Assembly: GCF_009914755.1 (NCBI RefSeq)
Contig: NC_060941.1
Reading direction: 5' to 3' (one strand)
DNA: 64,000 nucleotides
From: the human T2T-CHM13v2.0 reference genome, Homo sapiens
The notes below the pieces were generated by a model that did not search any database, had not been told where the DNA came from, and was given only the letters and a program-made list of their open reading frames with translations. Positions 34,222 through 60,913 of the stretch are shown one piece after another (the stretch's first letter is position 1; each line of letters begins with the position of its first letter). A program made the translations under genes and the position numbers.

Positions 34222-35793
34222 TGATCTGCTTGCCTTGGCCTCCCAAAGTGCTGGGATCACAGGCATGAGCCACCGCACCCGGCCAAATATCTGCAATGTT
34301 TTGAGCACCGTGCAGGGCGCTTTATGTACATCACCTTCACGAGACCCTCCTCCCCAAGTTACTTTCCTCATTTCCTAGAGGAGAAAACAGCTCAGAGAAG
34401 GAGAGAAATATGCTCAAAGCTCAACAGCTGGAAAAAGACAGGACCAGGAAACCCTTCCTTTTCCATCAGACGAGGTCCCCTCATGAGGAGAACGTGCAGT
34501 CCGTGACTGGGGAGCTCCTCAGGGTCAAGGATGCTCATCTCTGAATGCAACCCTTCCCCTGCAGACCTGGCAGGGTCTGCAAATAGTGACATTCTTTTTT
34601 TTTTTTTTTTTTTTTTTTTGAGACAGAGTCTCGCTCTGTCACCAGGCTGGAGTGCAATGGCATGATCTCAGCTCACTGCAACCTCTCTGTGCCTCCCAGG
34701 TTCAAGCGATTCTCCTGCCTCAGTCTCCCGAGTAGCTGGGATTACAGGCGCCCGCCACCATGCCCAGCTAATTTTTGTATTTTTAGTAGAGTCAAGGTTT
34801 CACCATGTTGGCCAGGATGGTCTCGATCTCTTGACTTCGTGATCCACCTGCCTCAGCCTCCCAAAGTGCTGGGATTACAGGAGTGAGCCACCACGCCTGG
34901 CCAAATAGTGACATTCTAACCATTGCCTATGGAATAGGAGACATGCTTCTATTTGTTGAAATTGTCATCCCTCATGTAACCAGCCTGGGGAAGAACATTC
35001 AAGGGGGCATAACCCCCTCCATGGGCACAAACTGAGTCTTGGGCTCTGGTACAACCAGGGTTCTACTGAAAACTTATCATTTCCCATTAGTGTTACCATA
35101 GCAACACGAATGTCTTCATTCATTCCCCTAGTGTATGAACAGAGCTACACTCACCCCACCTGTTCTCCCAAGCCCCCTCAAAGTCCTTTCATCTCTGAGA
35201 TTCTGTGATTCAATTAATTATCACCAATGCCTGCACTGCTTTTTGTCGTTTTCATTTATTCCATCTGCTGAGTCACCGTGTCCTGCTCTAGATGAGAGTG
35301 GTTATTCACAACGGTTATTCAGCCGTCAGTTGCCATGGACACCGCACAGCCTGCTTCCTTCATCACCCATTAATTCTCAGCAAGGCTGGCTGTAAGCATG
35401 GGTACCACTGCAGTTACCCAATACCCAAGGGGATCAAACTCTCCTAGAAAAGGTGGGGGCCCAATGACGCATGAACAGGAGCAAAATCTCTGCTCTCAAC
35501 AGTGGAAAAATAAAAAACAGCCTACGGCTCATTACATCTGGTCAAACCATGTGGAGGCAGCAGTTTATCAAATAAGTCAACAAGGTACCATTTTGTTTTC
35601 TGGTCCATCTTTGGCAAATGCTTTAGTCTGTTTGCTAACCATTTGAAGGTATATTTTGATACTGAAAAGTTGTTGGCTGGGCATGGTGGCTCACGTCTGT
35701 AATCCCAGAACTTTGGCAGACTAAGCTGGGCCGATCATGAGGTCAGGAGTTCGAGACCAGCCCGCCCAACACGATGAAACCCCATCTCTACTA

Positions 35794-36096
<303 letters not shown>

Positions 36097-36629
36097 CTAG
36101 AAGACACGGGGCAGCTACAAGCCAAACCCAGCCCAGCACAGAGGGCCTAAGGAGAAGAAGGCACCGAGGGTGTTCCATGGTAGGGGGAGGGTGAAAGGAC
36201 TTCAGAGGTGACCAGGATGTGAGCCACTAGAAGGAGAGAACAGGGCCATCAGCCCACAACCCATTGCTCCTGGTAACACGTTATGTTTGCAGAGTCCAGT
36301 GGAGGGGACGGGGAATCAATACATCACCCCACATTCACACGCTTGCCAAACATCAGTGGATGGCGAAATCCACTTTCCCTGAATCTAAGCCCATCGGGTT
36401 CACTCCCTCACCTACCACCACCCACAAAGGTCCCTATGTAGTTCGAGAGATAAGTGCCAGGCCTCTGACCCCCAGGATATGGTGGGAAGCATTGCTCCTG
36501 ACCCAGGGAGCTTGGTTCCTGCCCCTCAGGTACAGCTGGAGAGCTGCCGCCACCCCGCTCCAGCCCCTCACCATGAAGGTCAACTCCCCTATCCTTCCCC
36601 CACATCCTGGATGACTGACTGACACTAAA

Positions 36630-36836
36630 TGAAAGGGCGGGGCAGGGTGATGGGCTGTACCTGTGCCCCACCCCATTCCTCTCGCCTGGACTCATATGGC
36701 AGGGTAGGGGCGGGGTGGGGGGACAGTTGGGAGGGACCTTGAGGGCTTTATAAGGCAGGCCTGGAGCATCAAGCAGAGCAGAGACCTGAGAGGCACCAGG
36801 CCCAGCCGTGGCACCACACACCTCCCAGCTCTGCAG
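36630..36836 (+). promoter_or_regulatory. GAST: Gastrin promoter and non-coding exon 1
   Basis: Sp1 box GGGCGGGG 36635-36642, ATTCCTCT 36675-36682, CATATGG 36693-36699, EGF-response element GGGGCGGGGTGGGGGG 36707-36722, TTTATAA 36747-36753. Exon 1 runs from about 36779 to 36836 and ends at the donor CAG/GTGAGA. Confidence 0.85.
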
Positions 36837-37304
36837 GTGAGAAAACCCAGGAGGAGAGGGGAGAGGCTAGGAAGTGGGTTGACAGGTCCTCTCCCCCATC
36901 AAGGTACCAGGCCACTGGCCAGAGTCTGGGGCTCACCCCTTGGGGTCTCCAGAGCTGGGACCCTTTCTTTATCCCAGGATGGAACTAGGTCTTGGCTCCA
37001 GTACCTACCCTGGTATTCCCAACCTTGCCTTCCACCTGCCCTTCTGCCGCAGCCGGGGCCCTGCCCTTAGCCTATCCCTTCACACTCTTCCCAGCCCTGG
37101 GAGGTGAGGAGGACTGGGGTTCTTCTCCTTTCTCTCAGACAAGAAAACTGAGGCCCAGAGGCAAGATGTGACTTGCCCAAAGTCACAGGGATTATTAGGC
37201 AAGGCTGGGATAGGAATCCACAGCTCCTGGATCCCACTTCAAGCCCTTTCCTAGACCAGTGCCATCCAAAAGAACGTCCTATGATGCAGGAAATGGTCTT
37301 CATC

Positions 37305-37738
37305 TGCACTGTTCAATATGGTAGCCACTAGCCACGTGTGCGCTTGAAATGGGGTTAGTGTAAGGAAGTTTTTGTTGTTGTTGTTGTTTGTTTTTTTATA
37401 TAGAGTCTCGCCGTGTCACCCAGGCTGGAGTGCAGTGACATGCAACCTCTGCCTCCCAGGTTCAAGCAATTCTCCTGACTCAGCCTCCCGAGTAGCCGGG
37501 ATTACAGGCGCCTGCCACAACACCCAGCTAATTTTTCATATTTTTGGTAGAGACAGAGTTTCACCATGTTGGCCAGGCTGGTCACAAACTCCTGACCTCA
37601 AGTGATCCAACCCCCTCAGCCTCCCAAAGTGCTGGGATTACAGGCGTGAGCCACTGCACCTGACCATAATTTTTTAATTTAATTAATTTAAATGTAAAGA
37701 GCCACATGTGGCTGGTGGCTATAGCACTGAACAACACA
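37305..37738. mobile_element. MER3-like hAT MITE split by an Alu (GAST intron 1)
   Basis: GTTCAATATGGTAGCCACTAGCCAC.TGTG ... AGCCACATGTGGCT.GTGGCTA. Confidence 0.55.
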
Positions 37739-38531
37739 TGTGGTTAGCATCTGACAATACAGCTCCAGATCACTGATTTTTCAAACATTTCTTCAGCAGC
37801 AGAATTCTTTTCTTCCAAAGAAAACCTAACAGAAAACCTGATTATGAAAAACTTAATGGCCAGGCACCGTGGCTCATGCCTGTGATCACAACACTTTGGG
37901 AGGCTGAGGCAAGCAGATTGCTTGAGCTCAGGAGTTCCAGACCAGCCTGGGCAACATAGTGAGACCTCATCTCTACTAAAAATAAAAACAAAAAAATTAG
38001 CTGGGCATAGTAGTGCACACTTGTAGTCCCAACTACTCAGGAGGCTGAGGTGGGAGGATCTCTTGAGCCCAAGAGGTCGAGGCTGCAGCGAGTCAGGATC
38101 ACGCCAGCCACTGCATTCCAGCCTGGGAGACAGAGCAAGATTCTGTCTCACAAAAAGAAAAGAAAAAAAGAAAAACTTAAAAGCAGTACAGTATTTTATT
38201 AATACAAATGTATTCTGACAAGAGAAAATTTTTATCATTTTCTTATGATAAAGCCAATCAGAATAGTGAGACCAAAAGCATACAAAAATAGTGAGTCCAG
38301 GGAATAGATGAGCATTTGAATTTTATGTTTGTTTGAGATTCCAGTTTAGTTCTGTATTATGTTTTCCCCAAACTTGATTCACCCTGATACATAATTGCTA
38401 ATGGTGACAGCTTAATTTTTTCTTAACTGCTTCATTATAATCACAGGATATTCCTCAGTTAAGCAAAAATGACAGGAGAACCTTTCCTCTCAGGGCTGCA
38501 CAAAAATCAGTGTGAGCTGGCCAAGCATTGA

Positions 38532-39237
<706 letters not shown>

Positions 39238-39528
39238 TTACATTATTTAAACAGCTACAGAACCACTAACATGGCCTCAAATTCTGCAGAACAGAAACTA
39301 GGGAAACCATTGCCCTAGGATTTGACTTTCTCCAATAGAAGCAGTGGCTGTAATCGGGGTAGGTAAAGAGAAAAAACACAAGACTTCGGGGCTGGTGTGG
39401 AACTGGCAGAAACTGGAGAACTGATCTGAAGAAATAGTCCACAACTCCACACAGAATTGCAGACTCACCCGGGTGCGGTGGCTCATGCCTGTAATCCCAG
39501 CATTTGGGAGGCCGAGGCGGGTGGATCA

Positions 39529-40320
<792 letters not shown>

Positions 40321-40396
40321 CAATCCTAGAACCAAGCTTCAGAGCCTAGCCACCTCCCACCCCACTCCAGCCCTGTCCCCTGAAAAACTGATCAAA

Positions 40397-40402
40397 AATA
40401 AA
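40397..40402 (+). terminator. GAST: GAST poly(A) signal
   Basis: AATAAA about 77 nt after the stop, followed by GT-rich downstream sequence. Confidence 0.85.
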
Positions 40403-40617
40403 CTAGTTTCCAGTGGATCAATGGACTGTGTCAGTGTTGTAGGGCAGAGGAGGGGGACTCATCTGGGGGTGAAGTTGTGGCAGGGAGAAGAGCTGAGTGC
40501 CTCTTAGGGGCAGGGACCCTGGCTGATTCTTCTTGGGTCCCCCAGAGCCCCACATTGAACGAGAATCCACAGGTATGGGCAGGATAATATATGGTAGGGT
40601 TCATAGCCAGAGTAACC

Positions 40618-40649
40618 TTTTTTTTTAATTTTTATTTTATTTTATTTTT
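40618..40649 (+). terminator. T-rich gastrin transcription-termination element T9A2T5AT4AT4AT5
   Basis: The exact pattern is read from the sequence about 200 nt past the poly(A) signal. It matches my recollection of the classical gastrin terminator and is the tail of an antisense Alu. Confidence 0.65.
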
Positions 40650-40651
40650 GA

Positions 40652-40956
<305 letters not shown>

Positions 40957-41721
40957 TAAACCGTGTCACACTCGGTTTTAACGTTGCAATGTTTCCCAGT
41001 GCACTTAGAATACAACCTGAACTCCCTGCCACAGCCCTGAAAGCTAGCCCTGAGGTTCTCCTCCCACTGTGCGCCAAGTGGCTTCCTTCTCTTTGTCCTC
41101 TCGGTCCTTTCCCTTACACAGACACGCCATGTTCTCTCTTGCTCAGAGCCTCCGACCTTGCCATTCCCTGTGCCTGCAACGCTCTTCCCCAGGCACAAAT
41201 ATGGTGGGCTCCCCTTTCCTCCTTAGCTCTTGGGTGAAATGCCTCTTCCTGAGAGACCTACCCTTTCTGCTCCTCACCCTTCACACATAGACCCAGTTAT
41301 TCTCTACCACAGGGTCAAATAAAAGAGAAAAAATTAAGCTTTTTAAAGAATGAATGCTAGTTGTATTCAGAAGTCTTACAGAGGACTATAGATTGAGGCC
41401 TCCAGCCCAGGAGCAGGCTCTGGCACAATGTTTCAGCCCATTGCTTATATACATCTGGGGGCTAAAGGTGGAGGTTCCGTATGTGCAAAATCCCATCAGA
41501 CTTGCTCAGAATTACATGACAGCAGAATCACAGCAAGATTTGGGTCCTAGATCACAGAGGCATCATCACTAACCTCGTCAGATGTCATCTTGGAAATGTT
41601 CTGTGTCAGAAAAGCCAGGGACTAGGATTATTTCTCTTTTAAGAAACGTGAAGACTCAAGCCGGGCGCAGTGGCTCACATCTGTAATCCCAGCAGTTTGG
41701 GAGGCCGAGGAGGGTGGATCA

Positions 41722-42018
<297 letters not shown>

Positions 42019-42600
42019 TCAAAGCATCTTTCCGGAGGGCTGCACGTCTGTCTCTAGTCACAGAGTCAGGTGCTTTGTGAAACTGTGCCGACAAGCAGAA
42101 AGGAGCAAACACAGCTTCTTAATGTTTGTTGCTTTGTCTCACAATAGCAGAATATTTTCTTTAGAACACATTTCACAATCTGTAGTTGTTTTGTTTGCCA
42201 GTTTATTGTCTGCCTCTCGGGCAAAACAGGAAACTGGGAGCGTGACAAGTCCCTCCTCCCTTCTGTATCACCGGTGGCAAGAATAGGAGGAACCCAATAA
42301 ATATTTGTAAATAATTGCTCATGAGTGGCTGATGCAGGCATTGCTGGTGTCTCACTCCATTCCATCATTGTTCTTGTGCCTGTTGACACCATTACCTTGA
42401 GCTACCCGCCACCTGAGGGCTGTAGAGGAGGGAAAGTGTTTTCTCTACCCATCTTAGGTCCACGGCTGGGGCTCTGTAATAAAAGACAGATTACAAGAGA
42501 AAAGCAAACAAGTTTATTAACATGTGTATCACACATTTAACACACAGAGTACCCAGAGTTGAGTAACTCAGAGAGGTAGCTTAGAATTCAGGCTCACACT

Positions 42601-42690
42601 GTCTACGGCCATACCACCCTGAACGCGCCCGATCTTGTCTGATCTTGGAAACTAAGCACGGTGGGGCCTGGTTAGTACTCAGATGGGAGA
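42601..42690 (+). pseudogene. 5S rRNA pseudogene, 3'-truncated, no poly(A) tail
   Basis: GTCTACGGCCATACCACCCTGAACGCGCCCGATC...GGTTAGTACT..GATGGGAGA corresponds to about the first 90 nt of human 5S, with several substitutions. 16-bp TSD AGAATTCAGGCTCACA at 42583-42598 and 42688-42703. Confidence 0.93.
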
Positions 42691-43148
42691 ATTCAGGCTC
42701 ACAGAGCATCTTCAACAAAGAACAATACATTTGTAGGCAAGATAAAGGACAGCAATTTTTAGACTTCCAAGGGTGGCTAACTGTGTGTGGGAAACAGCTT
42801 TCTGCCCGTGGGAGCTGAGCCCTGTCCCCTCTCAGGGCTGGGTCTGGTAGCCAGTGGGCCTCCCCCGGCTTCTCCTGCCCCCCTGGGCTGCCATGTGACC
42901 CACATCCGGCAGTCACAGCTCTTGTGCCAGCTGCAGAACAAGGGCTGGGGATCCTACCGCCTGTCCCAGAAGAGGGCTGAGGTCCAGGCCCCCAAGCTCC
43001 AGCCTAGGTTGGACTTCCAAGGGTGGCTAACTGTGCATGGGAAAGCAGCTATATGGAAAACGAATGGTAGATAAAGGCTAGTGAGTCAAGTTTGTTATTA
43101 GATTGCACTGGTGCCACTCCAGGCTGAAAGGGGTCTAAAGTTGTCTCC

Positions 43149-44542
<1,394 letters not shown>

Positions 44543-44568
44543 TAGCCAGGATGGTCTCGATCTCCTGA

Positions 44569-45012
<444 letters not shown>

Positions 45013-45266
45013 TAGGAGGGTAGGGAGCTTTTCTTGTATCTGCTTCTTCTCAATTGCCTTCAGCTCAAAATAGTCCTTATGCCAAAGTGGCATATTTGGA
45101 GGTAACACATTCTAATTTCCTTCAGGGCCAAGTGCAGGGCAGTTAAATGCCTCCAGAAGCATCTCTCAGACAGTGTCAGATGACAGTTAGAGGATAAATA
45201 CCCCAGCTCCCCCACCCAAGGGGTGGGATAACTCTGAGATATATTCTTTTTTTTTTTTTTCCTTGA

Positions 45267-45413
<147 letters not shown>

Positions 45414-45647
45414 TAATTTTGTATCTTTAGTGGAGACGGGGTTTCTCCATTGGTCAGGCTGGTCTCGAACTCCTGACCTCAGGTGATCCACCTGCCTCGC
45501 CCTCCCAATGTGCTGGGATTACAGGTGTGAGCCACCTCACCCAGGCTACTCTGAGATATATTCTACTGTCCCCCAGAGTTCCCAGCAGGACTGAGACCCG
45601 GTTAGCCACAGCAATAATCTTCTCAATGATATTCTTTTGGCAGGGGG

Positions 45648-46020
45648 GCCACAAAGTGTGTTTTATTTTTACTATTCATATAAATAATTTTCTATAATAA
45701 CCTGGAGCAAACCAGAGAATTTGGCAGTCCCATTCGCGGGTCCCCTCAGAGACCCACAGGCCAGTGGCATCTGTGTGAGGTGCCCAGGTTCACAGAGCAG
45801 CTTGTGGCTTGCATCCACCTTGCAGGTTGCTTTTCTTCCACATCACCACTGGGGACTTGAAGATAACAGGGGCAGGGAATCCTCCAGATTTTAGGAAATT
45901 TCACTGCTTCTCCTGCTCAGTGGTCTCTGGTCCACAAGGTGTTCTCCTGCATCTCCGTTTCCTTCAAAGCTTTATCAAAGCTGGCAATTTCCCCCATGTC
46001 TGGTTTGTCTGTCATTTTCT
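45648..46020 (-). pseudogene. Thymosin beta-10 processed pseudogene
   Basis: The minus strand from ATG 46015 reads [32 protein letters not shown] (parent TMSB10: [44 protein letters not shown]). It is intronless and frameshifted. The parental stop context GAAATTTCCTAA ends at 45891, followed by a TMSB10-like 3' UTR and AATAAA at 45667-45662. Confidence 0.88.
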
Positions 46021-46120
46021 TTTCTCTTTTTTTGAGACAGGGTCTTACTCTGTCACCCAGGTTGGAGTACAGTGGTGCAACCTCAGCTCACTGCAACCTC
46101 AACCTTCCAAGCTCAAGTGA

Positions 46121-46707
<587 letters not shown>

Positions 46708-47104
46708 TAAACCCTGTTCCAGGTCTGCTCTGGGGACTTCACCCTAAGACAGTGGGTGACTCTCTCCCATCCTATCTTTCACAGCCAGGCCACTGAGTCA
46801 GTCTCTGGGGTGAAAGGATCAGGGAAGCATGAGCTCAAATCCCAGCTCCACACTAGCCATGATCTGCTGGTGAGGGCATCACTTAACCTACTCTGGCCTG
46901 AGTTTCTCCATCCAACAGACACTTATGACATCACCCACCGCCCTCTAGGAGCTGCTGCTATGATTAAACGGCGTATTTAATAGGAGTCCTCGGCACATAC
47001 TTCAATATTAGCATCCACCCTTTCTCTACAACTTCGCCCTGCCAAGTGCACACACACACTCCCTAGAGAGACAGCTGGAGGCTGGGCCAGGAGGGTATAG
47101 ATCC

Positions 47105-47110
47105 TTTATT
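47105..47110 (-). terminator. HAP1: HAP1 poly(A) signal, defining a 3' UTR of about 2 kb
   Basis: TTTATT on the plus strand (AATAAA on minus), at the end of the repeat-free stretch that follows the stop codon. Confidence 0.7.
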
Positions 47111-49145
47111 TCCTGCACCACACGCACACAGGCTGACAAGCAATAGGAGATTGAGAGGTGCTGTGTGAAGGGGGGCAGGTACCTGCAGGAGGCCTCAGTC
47201 CCAGCCCCCAGCTATTGAGGAACAAAGGTGTGGGAAAGGGCAGAACATGGAAGAGGAAGCCAGGGGCAGGGAGGGGGGGATCAAGACAGAGGGGAGAGGG
47301 GCTGGGCCATGGATGGGAGCCTGGACACCCCCAGGCCACTGGCAGAAGAGGGAGGGAGGGAGAGGAGACACACCACTGGGCAGAGGGGCCCTCACCCACC
47401 CACACACAGAGACACTTGTGGTTACAAACAGTAGGTAGGGACTGAGAAGAAAGGATGAAGAACAGGGAAGACAGCCAGGTCCCTCAAGTCAACAAGAACC
47501 AGGGTGGCTACCATTAGCATGGGCATCAAGGGGTGAGGGGCACATTGTTGGGAAGGCGCTCACAACTCCCTGCCGGTGGAAGCTGGGCCCTGTTCCCTGC
47601 TCAGGGCTGAGTCTGGTAGCCAGCGGGCCTCTCCCGGGCTTCTCCTGCCCCCTGGGCTGCCATGTGGCCCAGGCCTGGCAGCCACAGCTTTTGCACCAGC
47701 TGCAGAGCGAGGGCCGGGGTTCCTACCGCCTGTCCCTGAAGACGTTGGAAAAGCCTCCAACATGTGGGAAAGGGCAGAACATGGAAGAGGAAGCCAGGGG
47801 CAGGGAGGGGTCCCCAAGCTCCAGCCCAGGTTCATGAACACAGAGGGTGGGCTGGTGACAGACACAGGGTCCCATTTCAGAGGATGGGAAGGAGGGTCTG
47901 CGGGTGTGGGGCTTGGCCAGGCAGCAGGAGGGGCCTCAAGCTGTCTGTGGGGCCTCTGCAGGCTGCTGGGGAACAGCAAAGCCTGGAAGAGAAGCAGGTG
48001 GATGTGAACTGGGGCATTGATGACCACAGGCCTGGCCTGGGCGGTGGGCAGGGGTCTGATCAACTGTATCAGAAGGACACGGAAAGTCGCCATTGATAAT
48101 TATGCAGGTTGCCCCCTGCATGCGCCATAAAGGTCATGGTTCAGTTTATAACCTGCACAAGCTTACATGACACGCCTGCTGAAGCCAGTGCTATTCCACC
48201 CGGCAGTGACCAAAGGGCCATGAGAATGGGGACAGGCTGGGACGGGTACCAGGACAGCACTAGAGGGGAGGGATGGGCCAGTGAAGGTGCTACAGCACAG
48301 GAGTAGAGAGGACGGGCTCAGATCTACCCCGGCTGTGTGGCCCCAAACAAGTGTCCTTAGCTCTCTGAGCCTCACCCTCCTCACCTAACCAATGGGGACA
48401 CATCACCTGCCACGGAATGAGGCTGATGGGAGCTGATGCACGTGCAATGGCTGCTGTGCATGAGTGTCACAAGGTCATCTTTCATGTCCTGCGGCTCCTT
48501 AAAGAGGCAGGGCTCACATGGCCTGCACTCGGCAGGTGCAGCTCCCAGACTTTGGGGTTTCTGGCTGGGGAGAGGAGACCCTGTTCCACCCCACAACCCT
48601 GCAGGAGGCCCTAGCCCACCTTCTGACACCCAGGGGACTGTTCCAACTGTGGCCCTTGCTGGTGAAGGCCTTTGTCCCCATAGCCTGGGCAGTCCCAGAA
48701 GGCCTCTCTTCCTCCCAGGCCGTGGGAGGGTGGCTGGTCCTGTCCTCCAGCCTGGGTCAGCCCCCAGGCTGCTCCACCATCCCACCCACCGCCCCCCGTG
48801 TTTGTTTTGACTGCTGCTGCCACTGCTGCAGAGTTGGAGAGCCTGGGGTATAGAGGAGGCAGGGGTTGGGGGTAGGGGAAGCAAGCGGGCAGAGATGGGA
48901 AGCTGAGGCGCAGTGTGGGGGCACAGTCCCAGCCCTAACCCCCAGCCCAGCCCCCAGGAGAAAAGTGGATGGAGATCTGGAATCCTAAGCAAATGCCACA
49001 TAAATGAGCACTGACACTACGGTTCCCACTGAAGGGGATCAGAGGTGTCTATGCAAATGATATGCAAAGTCCATGCAAATAAGCACAGCAGGTAGAGCCA
49101 GGCTGGGGCAGGTGAGCACTCGGGGAGCTTATCCACCCTCTCTTT

Positions 49146-59159
<10,014 letters not shown>

Positions 59160-59640
59160 CTCGAGTCTGCCGTCCGCTGCTGCGGCGGGACCTTTATAAC
59201 CTGCGCCAGCCGCCGGGCCGGACCACGCGTAGGGGTGGGGGCTGCCGAGAAGCAACTAGTGGCAAGCGGGACTCAGAGCCGCGCGGGAGGGGAGCTAGTG
59301 GTGACGGAACAGAGCACAGTAAGAAAAGCAGGGCAAGAAGGGCGAGTGCAAGTTCCGGATGGCTCCGAGTTGGGATGGGAGCGAAAGATTTTTTCTGCCC
59401 TCTCCATCTCCGGAGAATGGTTCTGCCCAAAGCCGCGGCTGCCCCAGCACTCGCGGGTCCCTGGCTGGGGGCAGCCCCTCCCCAGCTGCCGCGCCGGGGT
59501 TTCGGGTGCCTTCCCTGGTGTAGAAGCTGCCAACCCAACGTTGTGCATACGGTCTGGGGTGGCCAGTGCATTAGGGCAGCGCTGCGTCTTTCCCGGTTGA
59601 CTGGGAGAGACATTCCAAACTCCAGTGCGCTTCCAACGTG

Positions 59641-59723
59641 CTGCAACCCTGCCTGGCGCTGCAACCCTGCCTGGCGCTGCAACCCTGCCTGGCGCTGCAA
59701 CCCTGCCTGGCGCTGCAACCCTG
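59641..59723 (+). repeat. 18-bp minisatellite (CTGCAACCCTGCCTGGCG) x4.6 upstream of HAP1
   Basis: Perfect units start at 59641, 59659, 59677 and 59695, with a partial unit at 59713. Confidence 0.95.
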
Positions 59724-59868
59724 ACCCTCGCGCTCACACCCCAGTGCTCGCGCCACTCGACGTCTTCCATTTGATTGGATTAACTGTTCTTCACCTCCAA
59801 CCTTAATTCGCTTTGCCCTCCTCTTGCCATGCTGGCGAACCCCTGTTCTCCTTGGGAGACGCCTCTTA

Positions 59869-60153
<285 letters not shown>

Positions 60154-60583
60154 CTACCCCTCAAAATAAATAAATAAATAGAATACTTTTTTTTTAAGTA
60201 TCCTACTGGAAATGTTGGGTAGACAATTAGATGTATAAATCTGAATGTAGGGGAGAGACCGGGCTGGAGATTTAAATGTAGGAGTCATTGTTCTTTGATG
60301 ACCATTTAAAGCTATGAGACTGGTGAGATCCCCAAGAGACTGAGAGAAGACAGGTAAGAGCGCCCAGGACTAACCCCCTAGGATTCAGAGGGCAGAAAGA
60401 AGAAGAGGAGGCATCAAAGGAAGACTGGGATGAGTGGGGCAGTGAAGTAGAGGAAAACCAGGAAAGTTGGGTCCTAGAAAGTAAAGAAAATGTTTCATGT
60501 AGAGAGTGGCCACCTGTGTTGGGTGGTGCTGTTGGGCCAGGCAAAGACTGAGGACAGAGACTCAGCTTGGCAAACTGGGGTCA

Positions 60584-60913
<330 letters not shown>

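Noticed and set aside
59160-59255. 32-codon N-terminal extension of HAP1 in the ORF track
   Set aside because: It starts at a non-ATG codon upstream of the TATA box, so it is outside the expected transcript.
59641-59723. Repeat array as a CRISPR-like structure
   Set aside because: Head-to-tail units with no spacers, in a eukaryotic context.
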